Of a stretch of DNA of 64,000 nucleotides, positions 47,970-61,382 are shown in pieces (position 1 is the first letter of the stretch; the number at the start of each line of letters is the position of its first letter). The translations under genes and the position numbers were made by a program. The stretch spans positions 4,092,001-4,156,000 of the forward strand of contig CM030332.1 in assembly GCA_017654855.1 (NCBI GenBank), read 5' to 3'. Source of the DNA: Podospora anserina (Eukaryota). The notes beneath the pieces are model-generated. The model saw nothing but the letters and a program-made list of their open reading frames with translations. It searched no databases and had not been told where the DNA came from.

Positions 47970-48458
47970 AGGAAGGGCATGTTTTGTTATCTGGAAGGCG
48001 TTTTGTTGTTCTTTATTTAGCGTTTTGTTTTCCTACTTCAAATCAATCAAGTACATCCACTTAGCAGAAAGGGGGGAAACTGGGTATAACTGGGATCGAG
48101 ATCATGTCCTGACAGGTGGAGGAAGAAATGACTATGTTGTCCAACTGTTGAAATGACTGATACACCAGATTTACAAGATGGTTGATAGTTTTTATCGATT
48201 TTTGATTCAATATGATTGTTTTGACAAAATGCTACCTAAAATTGGATATTCCATCTGTGACCTGGGTTCTCTTGTCGCTTCTAACACTCCCACCAAAGGC
48301 GGCCAAGCAGCCTCACAAGAGTGACCTTACGCTGGGCTTCCCTTTCACATACCAACCATAATCACCTCATCCGCCAAGTCATTGATTCCGTGACTTTCCG
48401 CTCCTACACCTCCATCTCTACAATATTACCCCCGCACGTACTGCTGCTGCCGCCCATT

Positions 48459-49901
48459 CTAAAGAGCACCCAGATCAAGCGGCACACTGCTTCCCCGACC
48501 AGCACGATACCTCTTTGGGCCTCCCACAAAGTCCCTTGGCTTCGGAAAGTTCTCCTCACTAGTAAACTTCCACCTCGAGTCTTGTACTACGTAGCGACCA
48601 CCGCCACCTCCACTTGGACCGTGTGATAGCGACACATTCCGTGTTGGACTTGGGGTCTTGGCTCCTCCACCATTTGGCGCAAGCGTGAAATTGCTCGGAT
48701 CAAGTAGAGACGCTCGACCTGAAGCGCTGGATGGAGTATGGCTTAGAGAGGGGGGAGCTGGCGCCGCTGAAGGAGGAGGGGGTGGTGCCGGCGAGCGAGG
48801 AGCATCGTTCGAGGGAGGGGGTGGTGGTGGAGGAGGGGCTGACGCAGGAGACGATACACTGGATGCCGCACGAATTGCTGCTTGAGCCGCGATACTCTGC
48901 GAGATATTATTTGTGGCCGCGGCTGGAGCAGGCGGCGGTGGCGGTTGTGAGCGGGCTGGAGCCGGCGGTGGTCGTGGAGCTGCAGACGGAGGAGGCGGAG
49001 GAGGGGCGGGAGGAAGCGAAGGGGCCGAAAACGACGGAGGGGGTGGGGCCGAGGACGGAGGAGGGGGTGCTGGTGCGCCTGGAAGTGGAGGGGCTCCCGA
49101 AGGCTTGCGAGAACTCGGAGGTGGCGGGGGTGGCTTTTTGCCAATAATTGGCGGCGGACCTGTTTTTCGGAGATTGGCAGCCGATGGATTGAAAGCAGGG
49201 GCGCTCGATGTGCTGGGTAGTGATGGCCTTCCTGGTATAGCAGGAGCCGCCCCCACTGGAGGTCTCGGAGCGGATATTGTTGGAGGCTTTGGTGCTGACT
49301 TGGAAGATTCTGGATCTGAGAGATAGGAAGACTCTCGACTTGCTGGATGGCTGTTAGTGATACCCAACACTCATGATCAGATGCGCCTTACCACCAGTAT
49401 CAACGCCCCCACCTGTTTTGCGCAGTTTTGGCATGCCTCCAGCAAATAGGCCAGCTAGTTGTGGGGGTCCATCTGTGCTTGGTGCCGGTTGATGTCTATC
49501 ACTCTGATCGCTATTACTTCTCCCACGATTTCCAGGCAAAGGAGGGGCGAGACCGCTGGGAGCTTTAGGTAGGCCAGGAACGGGGGGGGCACCGAGAGAA
49601 GATGGGCCGGGACCTCCGCCTCCAGATACCTTGCCGATGATTGGGGCCGATCGATCGTTCGTGACAGTTTTCTTCAACGCCTTTCCTTTGCCGATGTCTT
49701 GTAGCAAGGCACCCTTCCAAGACGGTTAGTGAATTTGCTTTCCATAACAGCCAGGTCTCTCTGCCAACACACCCTATTCGGCAATCCAGCAGGCGGACGC
49801 GCCGGCAAAGCACCGCCTCCCGGGGGCGGAGGTGGTGGAGGAGGGGGAGGACCTCCAAAGCCGGGCGGCGGCGGCGGAGGTGGTGGAGGAGGAGGAGGCA
49901 T
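48459..49901 (-). CDS. VRP1: Verprolin / WASP-interacting protein, 3 exons
   Basis: Poly-Pro N-terminus, WH2 domain ALLQDIGKGKALKKTVTNDRSAP, GLFAGGMPKLRK, Pro-rich middle, C-terminal DSRWKF...FPKPR...YRAGRGSSVPLDL. Confidence 0.92.
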
Positions 49902-51081
49902 CGTGTGTTCTTCGATTACAAGGAGGCCGGCGAGTTGGGACGAGGCTGCAACAAGACGATCGGCGTCTAAGGCCAAGAATTGGAAGGGCGCGGAGTCGAA
50001 GCAGTAAAATGACGGCTATGCCGGTGCACGGTAGTTAGTCCGGGGAAAACGGTGGTAAAAGATACAGCTCAGAAATAATGCCTTCTCTTGGACGGACAAT
50101 GAAGCGGTTGGAAGTTGAAATGCGACTGCCTTGGACGGTTGGCGTAAGATGATCGGGGGGTGGTACGTACTGCGTCACTCCTGGGCACTGTGGCTCAGCG
50201 CTCCAGCAGATAAGATTACAAGCCCACTGGTTAATAAGTCAAGCCACAGTGTAGCCTTGGCACTGCCCATAGGTACTCTGCCACTACTGTATACACAAAA
50301 GGGTCTGCGTTCCAAAACCTATCAACAGTCTTTTCATGTTTGAGACAGCTTGAGTTATTCTGAGACGGTGTCATACAGCATAGTCCAAATCCAAAACCTC
50401 CCATTCTCTTGTGTACATGCTCTGATCCGAGATCCGAGATTCAAAGACGGGGAGCTATGGGGTGTTGATTGTATGTGTCACATCCGCAACCACAGTAGAC
50501 ATGTTGCTTGGACTGACTTCAATAAAAGTAACTAGATGATGGATTTACCTGTTGATTGCCCTTCTCGGCATAAAAGTGCTTAAACAAAAATTAGCCCAAG
50601 GCAGTGTGGCTGTTTTTACCCAGGTTACCGCTTCCACCCCGTTAGATGCACGCTCCAGCCAGCAAGGTGCATACAGTGGGGGTCTTCGCTCAATCGGGGA
50701 GGGGAAGCTTTGAACACACCCCGGTCACTTCAACGCCAATGCACGGATCTGCACCATCTTCTCTAGCCCAGAGAGCTCTCTTTTGACTGCAACACCAAGA
50801 TTCAACCTCACTTCTCATAAAGTTTTTTTTTCTTTCACTTAATTCCCTCTTGTACATAACACCCCCCCCCCCACCCCCCAAGCTACAATCAGCTACCCCC
50901 ACGCCCATATACGATCGATTGGTCCATTTCCGGGTGTTGTTCTGCCTCATTCGGCATCCAGACCACCCACCGTCAGTCTGGGGAAAAGAGAGTCCGTGTA
51001 GGAGACGACGCGCTAGACGGCTTCAGGACCGAGCAAAAAAAAAAAGAAGACACCTTCACCTTCCCCGCCTATTCCACAGCC

Positions 51082-52416
51082 ATGCTTCGTCGGCCGTACC
51101 AAGCCGGGCTGGGCCTGCAAGTCTGCCAGGCTTGTGAGCTTGTCTCTGGCAGACAATCGATGCGCACAGCCAAGCGTAGCTTCGTGACACTACATCCCAG
51201 CAGACGCTTGGCCAACTTATCACCACCAAAGCCTACCTGGATGAGCGCCACTCGCTCCTTTGGGACCTCGCAGACATGTCTAAAATCAAAACGCCAGCAG
51301 ACACCGCAAAGTACTACCCAGAACCCAAGCCCCTCGCCAAGCACGTCGGCCCAGGCCAGCTCACCGGTGGGGGACCAGGATGTGCCAGATTTGGAAGAGA
51401 TCATGGCTGCCGTTGACCGTACCACCAGGGAATTCACTGCCCATTCGGGGATCCCCTCTGAGCACATGACGCTCACAGCGCTGCGGGCTTGTGCGCAGAC
51501 GGATGTCAGGCAAGCAGCAGACACCCAGACCAGTCACTCTGCCGTTGCTGCGGCCGAAGACAGGCCTGTCTCGAGACTCTTGGGCTTGGAAGGTGATGCC
51601 GCAAAGGCTGGCCAATCTAGCACCTCTACTACAGTTTCTGTGCTACGGCCGGAGGACGTTGTCAACAAGGTATCGGAAGCGGCATATGCGATCGTCGCTC
51701 ATCCCGCGGTTGTTATCACCCCGCAAGTGCTGGAGGAATATGTTCGACTTCAGGCTCGCCTTGGCAGACCGCAGACACTGCCACAAGTCTTGGGTCTCTA
51801 CGGCAGCAAACCCACGCCCAAGGAAGTGTCTGGTTCCATCCGCTACACCGATTCCAACCCGGGGAGAGCGAGCAAGGCCGTGGATCCTGCCGTTGCTGAA
51901 GCTGCTCTCAATGCGGCGATCGAGGCCGATAATCTCGAGGCTGCCATTGGAGTTGTGGAAGCAACATACTCTTCCAAATCCTATCTGCGCGCAAAAGTTA
52001 TTAGGAAAGGGCTCCTTCCTGCAGGTCTAGCTGGTGCCGTGCCCTTAGCGCTCTATCTCCTGGCCTCTGAGTTTGCCCAGTTTCAGTCAGCCTGGGACCA
52101 TGCGAGCGCCACCAAGATTGCCTTTGCTGGCGCCCTTTGCTATGTTGGATTTACCGGCACAATCGGGATGGTTGCGGCCTTTACAGCCAATGATCAGATG
52201 AAGCGGGTTACGTGGGCTATAGGAACACCTTTGGGCCACCGATGGCTCTACGAGGACGAAAGAGCGGCCCTCGACAAGATTGCGTGTGCTTTCGGATTCT
52301 CAGAGGAGCACCGGTACGGTGAGGAGGAGGGGGAGGAGTATCTCTGGCTCCGGGAGTACTTATTGAGCAGGTCTATGATCCTGGATGCGGTGGACCTGAT
52401 GGAGGGTATGAACTAG
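51082..52416 (+). CDS. Hypothetical protein, probably mitochondrial membrane
   Basis: 444-aa single ORF; Arg/Ser-rich, acid-poor N-terminus; two hydrophobic segments in the C-terminal third. Confidence 0.8.
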   Translation: MLRRPYQAGLGLQVCQACELVSGRQSMRTAKRSFVTLHPSRRLANLSPPKPTWMSATRSFGTSQTCLKSKRQQTPQSTTQNPSPSPSTSAQASSPVGDQDVPDLEEIMAAVDRTTREFTAHSGIPSEHMTLTALRACAQTDVRQAADTQTSHSAVAAAEDRPVSRLLGLEGDAAKAGQSSTSTTVSVLRPEDVVNKVSEAAYAIVAHPAVVITPQVLEEYVRLQARLGRPQTLPQVLGLYGSKPTPKEVSGSIRYTDSNPGRASKAVDPAVAEAALNAAIEADNLEAAIGVVEATYSSKSYLRAKVIRKGLLPAGLAGAVPLALYLLASEFAQFQSAWDHASATKIAFAGALCYVGFTGTIGMVAAFTANDQMKRVTWAIGTPLGHRWLYEDERAALDKIACAFGFSEEHRYGEEEGEEYLWLREYLLSRSMILDAVDLMEGMN

Positions 52417-53306
52417 GGGGGAACTAATGGAGATAAGCGGCAGTTGAAGGTGGCGGGAAGATGAAGATGGAATAACGACCAGCACGCATCCGTAAGACCC
52501 AGGGAGCTTGGCACTCAGCACCGGGGCTCACGGAAACTTTGATCGTCGCTTTCGGACCCGGGACGTTCTTGGCCCAACTTCCCTAGGTACCGCTAGGCTA
52601 GTTGATCGGCCGTGGGGCACCTCATCGGCCGCTGTCCGTTGTGGTTGCCAAGAGTGTGGAGCATAATATCAAAATCTAGGATGCTAAACCGTCGAGATGG
52701 GATCCAAGACCTTTCACATCGATTGCTGTGCAAGGCGCAATTCTGCGGCCCTCCCTACCCGTGGCCTCGTACACCCCCAAAACAATGCGTACCCAGCCCA
52801 GGAGAAACCGGTGGAGCAGCCTCCCGTTCCCCAGACGCCAGTTGACGACCGCGCGCTGCGCTGTTTGGTTTTCCCACCCCCCATGCCATGCATGCCTGTC
52901 TCTGCCATGGGTGTTGTGTCGCTCCCAGCTTCGTCCTGATTACGAAGGCCCCCGACGGCATCTGAATCGGGTGTACCTACCGGGCTTGGCCCGCAGCCCC
53001 AGTGTACTTGTTTGTACGTCACTTTATCTCCCCCGTCCACCCCATGCCCTCCCCCCTCCCAGCCCCAGCGCCGGCCACGATTTTGATACGTATTTATGTC
53101 CCAACCTTCCCCCCGGTCCCCAGCTTTAGGTCCATGTTCATGAAAGGGTCAACACGCCACTTGAATAGACAGTCTTGGAACGCTAGCTTTTTCAACGTTG
53201 GACTTTCTCACCGCTCGGCCGTTTCATCAGACTTGTTGCTTCCTATTTTGTTCTTCGTTCTTCTTCAAACGTCTTTACCAGCGCACCGGTACACCAGCGC
53301 CACACC

Positions 53307-54526
53307 ATGGCCGCCTTTGAGCGAGACGAGGCCAAATGTCTATACTATGCAGCATTCGCCTCGCACCTGCACCGGCAGGCCTTTGACTTTATCTACTGGT
53401 TTCTCTTCATCCTTGTTGTCTCCATGCTCTTTTTGTCGTCATGGAAATACAGCGGGTCAGTTCATGTCCTCATTTTTTTGGGGGGGTAGGAAATTGGATG
53501 GGCGCTGACTACTGTCTAGTGATATGGAAAAGGTCTCAGACCTGGAGCCGGGATGTCCAGAATACAAGAAGAAGATGAAACGGTGCTTCTATGTCTGCGC
53601 GCTCTATTCCAGTATCTCGGTTGTTGCCGTTGTGATGGAGGTATATGCCCTGTTGGCCTTGCAATTTTGTGATGGAGAGGACCTCATGTCGCTATATTGG
53701 TCAACATGGACCATGTTGCAAGTTGGGTCACTGATTGCCATCTTTGGTATCCTCCTTGCGGTCTACAACAGCGTTCGCGCTAGGAAGAACCCGTGAGTCT
53801 ATCGTCTCGTCCCCTCAAAATGAAGCCATCACTAACAACCAGACAGCCCTTGGGCGTTGGCATTGGGTACTCCTGTACTTGTCGTTGCCGGCATCGGTCA
53901 CGCGCTTCACAGCTCGGTACGCAGGCGGGCTGAAAGGATGCGGTCTAGGAGCCGCAGCAGGGCTCGCCATCGTGCCGTGTCAAACTGCAGCTCCAGTCGC
54001 ATGGAACTGAATGGTGTGCCAATCAGCAGAGAGTATGTCACTCATATGCACCTCCCCGGGAGGAGACGGAAGAGACGGAAGAGACTATCCATTTTGCTAA
54101 CCAATGATGTTTTCCAGACAAACACTCTTTGGCGAGGAGAGCGAGAAGGAAGACGGCGAAATCCCAGGAAAGCTCGTCGGATACACCCCGGACGGATCCC
54201 CGATTATCAGATTCACGGAAGACCCGGGGGGGATCGGGGCAGATCGGGGCGAGGTCATCTGCAGAGGCGAGGGCGGCCACGTCATTGTCGCTTTCCGGAA
54301 GGGGATGACGACGATCATCAACGGCGCAATCTCGAGTCCGCCGCCGGCTGCCCTGCTACCCGTACCCATGACCAGTCCCCGGCCGAGTTATTCTTCTGCC
54401 GGTCTTACAGTACCGCCCCGATCGCCGGTCGTCAAGATAGAATTGCCAACCACTGGGAGGACGACGCCGACGCCAGAGCCTCGTGCGACACCACCGACGG
54501 TGCTGCCGAGGGATTCCCCTGTATGA
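53307..54526 (+). CDS. Hypothetical membrane protein (about 4 TM helices, Pro-rich tail), about 4 exons
   Basis: Hydrophobic coding segments at 53307-53455, 53520-53792 and 53848-54032 plus tail 54118-54526, separated by GT...CTRAC...AG introns. Boundaries approximate. Confidence 0.7.
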
Positions 54527-55335
54527 CATTGCACAAGTTTTACTTTATTGGCTTGGGATCACAGGGAAAAGTGATTGGCTTTTCTTTCTTTTGGACAATG
54601 CGCCGGTGCGCTGGTTAGGGGGATAAAATTGGAAACGGATTGGGCTTGGAATTTTTTTTAGCGTTGTGGTTGGGTTTGCGGGAGTTTGAGAGAGTCAGTT
54701 TTTTCTTTCCTTCTTGGATGGCCTAGGAAACAAATGGGAATCGGCTACCGGGTACACAAGCGCGCGGAACATTGCATCTTTTTGATTATCATCTTTTTGG
54801 AAAGAGCGAGTTTGGTTGTATGTGTGTTTTACATTTCATCATTTGGGAGATTTGGAAATTCCTCGCATAGTTTTTTGTCTCTGATACATGTGTCTTTTTA
54901 TCTCTGTCTCTCGCTTTGGACTGGGAAGGTGAAACTGGTAGGGTATCCGGTTGGGAGTTGAAAGTTTGAGTCACACATGACTGCGTTATCTACATTTTGT
55001 CTTACTACTGTGGTCTGTGTCTTTTTTGCCATGCTTTTTCAAAGGCACACAGCCACGCTTGAAATCAAACATACCTTTTTTTTTTTCTCTTCCTCGTCGT
55101 CATTTCTTTTGGCTCGGACTGCAATAGCCCGGAGTGGCCGTGAGATATGAACATGGGGGGAAATCTTTACTTCACCGCCCACCAGATCCAGCTGTCCGTC
55201 CCCCCTTGTTTAGTGTTTACGCCCCTTTTTAGCCCCTCGTCACCCTTGTCCCGCTCCGCGGCACGCGGGAATGCAAACACAGGTCAGCCAAGACGACAGC
55301 CAAGGATAACGGGCTGTTATTATCATCAACAACAA

Positions 55336-55359
55336 CACACACACACACACACACACACA
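55336..55359. repeat. (CA)12 microsatellite
   Basis: Read directly from the sequence. Confidence 0.9.
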
Positions 55360-56803
55360 AGGGAAAGAGAGAAGAAGAGACGAATCGGGTATCTGGATTA
55401 CAATTGCTTCCTGCGGTGATACGTTGTATTTGAGTTTTCTATTTCCATAAAACTATTCTGTTCATCCCAGTTTGTTTGCGAGGAGTGTGTACCCCCTCAC
55501 TTTCCCAAATAGGCAGTTTCCCAGCATCTGAATGAGATGCCGCTCGGTTCACGCACGGTAGATCTACCATACTTCCCGGCAGGGGGGTGGGTGAGATTTG
55601 ACGGGTGGATTTCGTGGCTTAAGGGAAAGGGGATACGACCCCACAGACGACATCCCGTCCAGAATTAAAAGGTTTCTTTTTCACCATATATTGGGCATGA
55701 GTTATCGAACATGGGAAAGAGAATTTTGCATGATACACTCCGTATCCGCTGATCAACACACGCCCAAGTAAGGGGAAAAAAAGAAAAAAAACTCCGTGAA
55801 TTGAAACGGTGAGTTTTTTCCCACGTGGGAGATGTCATTCGTTCTTCTTTGACCAGCACCACGGGCACGGGACGGGTACAGTACGCTCGCACCCCCTCTC
55901 AGACGTCACTACCACCACCACCAGCCCTCACCAAAATTCATATCCAATCTCAACAAACCTCACCAACCAACAGCAACGTGCCCTAAACGAATGGCTCTTG
56001 ACAAGAAACCCAAGAACACGGCAAAGGGTGATCAGCTAACACCCCTGCCCCATGTCAACCCTGCATCCATCCAAACCTGACCGCCGGTTTCACCAGGCGA
56101 AACCACCCGACCGGGAATTGTCACGATGATTCCTCCAAATCGGGAGAAAGGAAAAATTTTTTTTGTTTCGGATGATGAAACTACCGACTCTCTCTCGTAC
56201 ACCAAGTCATTTTACATTCCATCCCCCAAAAAACAATCCCAGAGATACGGACTGAAACATACACTCCTCCATCCAACCATCTCCCTCTCCCAAAAATGTG
56301 GCAGTGCTGCTGCTCTCTCACCTCAGAAACATCCTGACTGATCGTCCCCCCCCCCCTTCCCCCCCTCCCAAAACACCCTGCAAGAGTCATCACTATCTCA
56401 CACCCTCCAAAAACCCATATCTTCGGGAAATGGCATTTCCATGATGCGCCTTGTGTAAGGCGGGATTTCGCACATCAGCATCTCAACCCCCCATCCAACC
56501 ATTTTCACGCCTTTAACCCCGTGTTCCCATCATTCCTTATCAGGTCTAATAAACCCCCCGGATCCGACCCTAATATCCGTAATTCCCTTCAACAGAAAAA
56601 ACAAAGTCTCCCGTGAAGTCTGGTCAAGCATTCTGGATACCCGGCAACCCATCACAACTTGGCAAACATTGTCTCTGAGCCGCTCCTTGGCAAATGTCAC
56701 ATTCGGTCTTGGTATTGTAGGAAAAGATACGAAAAAGTTTCACATGACTTTCGTCTCTATATCTTTTCCGCTTCTTTTGATTTCCATCACCATACCCCCC
56801 TCC

Positions 56804-58096
56804 TTATGCCCTTCCGGCTCGTCCAACCTGAAGAATCTCACCCGTCAGCCGATCGTCGCTGCGAAGTACCGGCCAAGAGCTGCCGTCCGCCTTGACCAGT
56901 GTAACTTCAAGCTTGGTGCCCAAGATCTTAAAGGTCGACTTGGCAGCATCTATCGTCCCAAACAGCGGGACCTGCGCCTTGTATCGCTTCGGCACGGGCG
57001 CGTCTGTCGTCAGAAGGTCCAGGTCGATGGTCTTGTCCTGGAATTCCACCTTGGAAGCCTCCTTGTCGATCTTCTTGAGGAAGAACGAGGCAATCACCGA
57101 TGTAGGGGTTTGGTAAAAGTCGGTTCTGTACAAGAATGAAAAATAAAAGGCGGCGATAAGCATATGTGTTTCCGTCTAGACCAACCATCGGCGGTCAAGG
57201 GAGGTGGATCGATATGTTTCTGCTCGATAGGATACCCGCAGACACAGCCCAGTCTTGGCCGCGGCCTTGGCTTGCGTCGCGCGTAGGAAAGCCTATGAAG
57301 CAGAAATCGCGATGGGGAAGGGAGGGGGAAAACAAGGGAGTAGAGTAAACTCACCTGACCGTCTCCAGGACCTCTTCACCACCAGCCGACGACGTCTTGG
57401 CCTTGTCTTTTTCTCCGCTCCCGACGAACAGATGCCTGTCCTTTGTCTTACAGCCCTCAATCTTCATGAACTGGTCAAACTCGAGGACGCGGCGCTTGCA
57501 ACAGCTGTAACCCTTGCTGCCCTCGTGGAAGATGGGCGCTCCCGGGTGGTGCACGCAGCTCTCGCCTTCCCGGCTGGAGCCCTTCTTGTAAGCTACACCG
57601 CATCCCTTCCGCCTGCAAACGCGGCCGTCCGGAATCTCGATTGTGGCGTCGTCATCCTCCGACTCGGCGACGGGGGGTGGTGGAGTGGGTATGTGCTGGG
57701 GGGCGGCGACGGGCGTACGGGGTGGCGGGGGAGGGAGGTTTGTCGTCTCGACGAGACCTTCCGGAGCAGCTTCCCTCTTTTCGATCTTTGGCGGGAGATC
57801 GGTGGTGCTGTGCTTGCCCTCGGTGCATGGCTCAATGGCCATGAATTCCTCGAAGGTGAGAACGCGCGGCTTGCAGCACTTCCATCCTGTTCCCGGAGGC
57901 AAAAGAAGGTCGTGGTCAGCTTGGCGGGGTCTAGAGATATCAATGTGATAGGCAGGCCAGAGGGAAGCTGCAGGATGGTGGTTGACATACCTTTCTGGCC
58001 CTCGTGGAAGACGGGGGGACCGGGGTGGTAGCGGCACACCTCTTCGGGGTCTGTATACTCCTTGCCGCAACCTTGATGGACACACTTTTGAGCCAT
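56804..58096 (-). CDS. CHORD-CHORD-CS Hsp90 co-chaperone (Chp1/CHORDC1-like), 3 exons
   Basis: Two CHORD domains (CVHQGCGK...[27 protein letters not shown]...CVHHPGAPIFHEGSKGYSCC) and a CS domain RTDFYQT...KLEVTLVKADGSSW. Second intron 57354-57126. Confidence 0.94.
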
Positions 58097-58560
58097 GGTG
58101 ACAGGAGCTTTAGGTAGGTACCTGGAAGGCGGGGAGGGGTCGTCCGGAGCTGTCTTTGTGAGATTGGAATCGACTTTGTTGGTGGTGAGGAAGCGAAAAC
58201 TGTCGCTGTTGATGGCTGTTGATGTCAAAACAACAAACAATTAATCGCTGCCAAACAAAGGGGTTCGGGCGGTCAGATTCAGGGTATCCATGGAAGCTCT
58301 CTCGAAGAAAATGGAAGCTCCCCGTTGCCCGCTGTCGCTGATACGGTTGGTGGGGGCGGGGAAGCTGTGGAAACGCGTCGTCGCGACTGCCCAGCGGGCC
58401 GGGGTTTAGAGATCTGGCTTAGCCGTAAACGGTTTAGTCCATTGGCAATTAAACAGCCTTAGACCATGAGCCTGTTTCGATATCTGACTCGCTTTCAACG
58501 TCAACTCATCAAAATAACCTACCAATACACCGGTTTCACCAAGCTTCATACCAAGCAATC

Positions 58561-58931
58561 ATGCGGGCTACCGCTCGTCTACTTCAATCATGCAGAATAA
58601 CCTTCTTCGCACGTAAAACCTGCGGACTATGCACCCAGGCAAGATCAGTTTTATCAGACGTCTGGGATCAACGGCCGTTTGCCTTCAAAGAGGTTGACAT
58701 TGTTGATCCCAAGTCCAAACCATGGTTGGATCTCTATGACTTTGATGTCCCCGTGGTGAGCTTACTCGCATAAAGAACGACGGAAAGCAACTAATTCAAG
58801 AACAGATTCACATCAGCAAGTCTGAGGCGCCCGAAGAAGATCCCAAGCTGTCTTCCCAGGCCATGAAATTGATGCATCGGTTTACAGTAGACCAGGTCAA
58901 AGCAAAGATGGACCTTGTTGAAAAGTCATGA
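58561..58931 (+). CDS. Glutaredoxin-like protein (DUF836 family), 2 exons
   Basis: ITFFARKTCGLC (CxxC), YDFDVPV|IHI, KLMHRFT; intron ~58756-58805. Confidence 0.88.
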
Positions 58932-59118
58932 GCATGCCGGCGGCCTCCAGCATGACCAATGATGTCAGTCATTTGTTTTGCTATCGTATATACGAAGCTC
59001 TGGACCATCTAGTCTAGCAGTCCGAACCGTACGACAGCCCGTGGAAGGATGAGAGTACAGCTGTGCTAATCACGGTTGCACATGTAAACCTCCCATCGCT
59101 AGCCATCTCTTCACAGCC

Positions 59119-60259
59119 TCAATACGAAGCGGCCTTTTCACCTTGAACCTTTCCCTGGGCAACGGCGAGTGCGTCCACCATTGTGGCCTGAAGAGCCGTA
59201 AAATCCGTGGCCACGTTGATCATATGAAATCCCATATCAGCGTACTTCTTTGCCTGCTCTCCACTGGTGCAGAATATACCACACTTCTTGCCAGCTGCCA
59301 CCGTCGCCTTATAGATACGGGCAATAGCATCGTCCAACTCAGCATCCGTCTTGCCGTTGATGATTGGGTGGCCGATATTGTTGCCTAGGTCAAAAGGCCC
59401 GATGAATACAACATCAACTAGTGGCGCAATCTCTTCCACGGAATCCAGAGCCTCCTTGGTTTCGATCTGCACCATGGTCAACAGGCTGTCGTTGGCTTGC
59501 TGAAGATACTCTGTAAGCGTCGGTTCCGGATGGAAGTTTTGCACCGCAATCGGGGAACCGAATCCTCTCGTTCCCAGTGGTGGGAACTTGGCTGCTGATA
59601 CCACGCTCTTGACCTCATCAACAGTCCGGATCAGCGGTACAAGTATCTGAACCTCTGGTTAGCCGGACTCACTCAACACAAGGGGCGTTCTGTCATTCTC
59701 ACTCCGTGTGCACCGCTATCCAATGCCCCTGTGAGCACAACGTCAGCCACTGCCGGATAGTTGGGAGATCATCTGAACACTCACGTTTCACCATCCAAGG
59801 TTGGATATCCGGTAGTCGAACAATAGGGGACACACCCAGGGCGGCAATGGCCGGAACCGCGTCATGCATTGCAGCATCTAGCAGGGTGTCACAGATTAGT
59901 CTTGGGGTCACACCATTGACATAGATCTACAACGGAATAGGCCTCCTACCGTCGATGTTGCCGTGTTCACAGTCCACCATTACCCAATCTGCACCCGACC
60001 TGGCCAGTACACGAGAAACATTGGCACCGGGAATCATCTGCCAGAAGCCCATAGCTGGCCGCTTGCCTTCGGTGAAGACTTGCTTCAGTTTGTTTGACGT
60101 TGTCATCTTGGCGGATGCAGCCATAGCGGACGACGACATGAACCGAAGTGGTTGGCCGATGCGAGGATGATGTATTCCGGACGATACGGACTGACGAGAT
60201 ATACAGAGGCGGAATGTTTGTAGCGCGCCGGTTACTGCTGCTGCTCTTGTCCGAACCAT
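59119..60259 (-). CDS. HpcH/HpaI aldolase family protein, 4 exons
   Basis: DWVMVDCEHG, ALDSGAHG-ILVP, KFPPLGTRGFGS, MVQIET, FIGPFDL. Start could be 60259 or a downstream ATG. Confidence 0.9.
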
Positions 60260-61290
60260 GGTGGATCCTTTATAAACAGTCCGAGAGTCGCTCTTTTCAA
60301 CAGGCCACCACCACCAACGGGGATGTTTCAAAAGAGGCGATATGATTCGAAACCCGGAAATCCACGCAAGGGGTGAGTGAGGTTTGTCTAATGACCCCCA
60401 CCAACATCTACTTTTACAACGTTGGAGATCTGCGGGGGCGGAGTTGAGGCTTTTGCGGGGTAACACATGGAGGAACTGTTAGCTTGGGATCGTGACCCCC
60501 TCTTATAACCGCCATTCACCGAAGGCATTGCCAAGTATTTGGTGATGCCTTCAAGCAATAGATATCGATGCCAAAGGCGATGCCCAGGCCGAAATGTAGT
60601 TCGACAGCATTGTTAATGTTGCTTCTCGCCGAGACTTGCTTGCAAATGTTGCGAACTACCCTTCTGTTCAGCCTGATAGTAGGGGTTGCTGCAGGCGCGC
60701 TATACGTCGTGAAACGCTGTGTGTGACGAAGCGGCTTGTTTTCTTTGCCCTGACAGCGGCAGCTTCGGCGAGGATGGCGATCAGTATGCAAGTTTTTTTT
60801 TCTTTTCTTTTTTAAGTTTTTTTTTTGACTGTTGATCGACATGTGGCTGTGTCTGCGTTGATACATGCACAACATAGGGAAAGCGATCAGTGACAAATTA
60901 TATCTATATGCTTTTCTAGACGGATTCCATGCTCCAGATGGGCAAAACGTGGTGATCGGGAAGAGATAGATGGCTGTTCTGTAGCGTAACAAGCCGCTGC
61001 ATAGAGGCCTCCTGGACATGGCATGAGAGTCGAGTGGCTCCTGATACCAGGTTCTTCTCTCTTAGGGAGATTATCAGGACGAAACTGACAAGTCTCTTGT
61101 TACCGCCATAGATATAGTGATTGTTTTCCACTGTTTGCTTTGAACTGTAAATGCTTCTTTCTGACTGTATGACCCTCTCTAAGTCGGATATGGCCTCCAT
61201 CTTGAATGCTGTTGGTCACAAAATCCAGTCATTACATAATGCCGTACTCTCCCCAACCACTCATCAAAATTGGACCATTCACGATTCAAA

Positions 61291-61382
61291 TCGGGTATGG
61301 TGTAGCGGTAACATCGTTGACTCTCACTTCTCAGAAGTGTCTGTTCTCTCAACAGCCCCGGGTTCGACTCCCGGTATCCGAG
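61291..61382 (+). tRNA. tRNA-Glu(CTC) with 21-nt intron (61327-61347)
   Basis: Exons identical to the 31052 copy; oligo-T terminator downstream. Confidence 0.95.

Noticed and set aside
54600-56700. Long intergenic region checked for transposon relics or ncRNA
   Set aside because: No terminal repeats, transposase remnants, strong AT-rich RIP signature or RNA family motif recognised.
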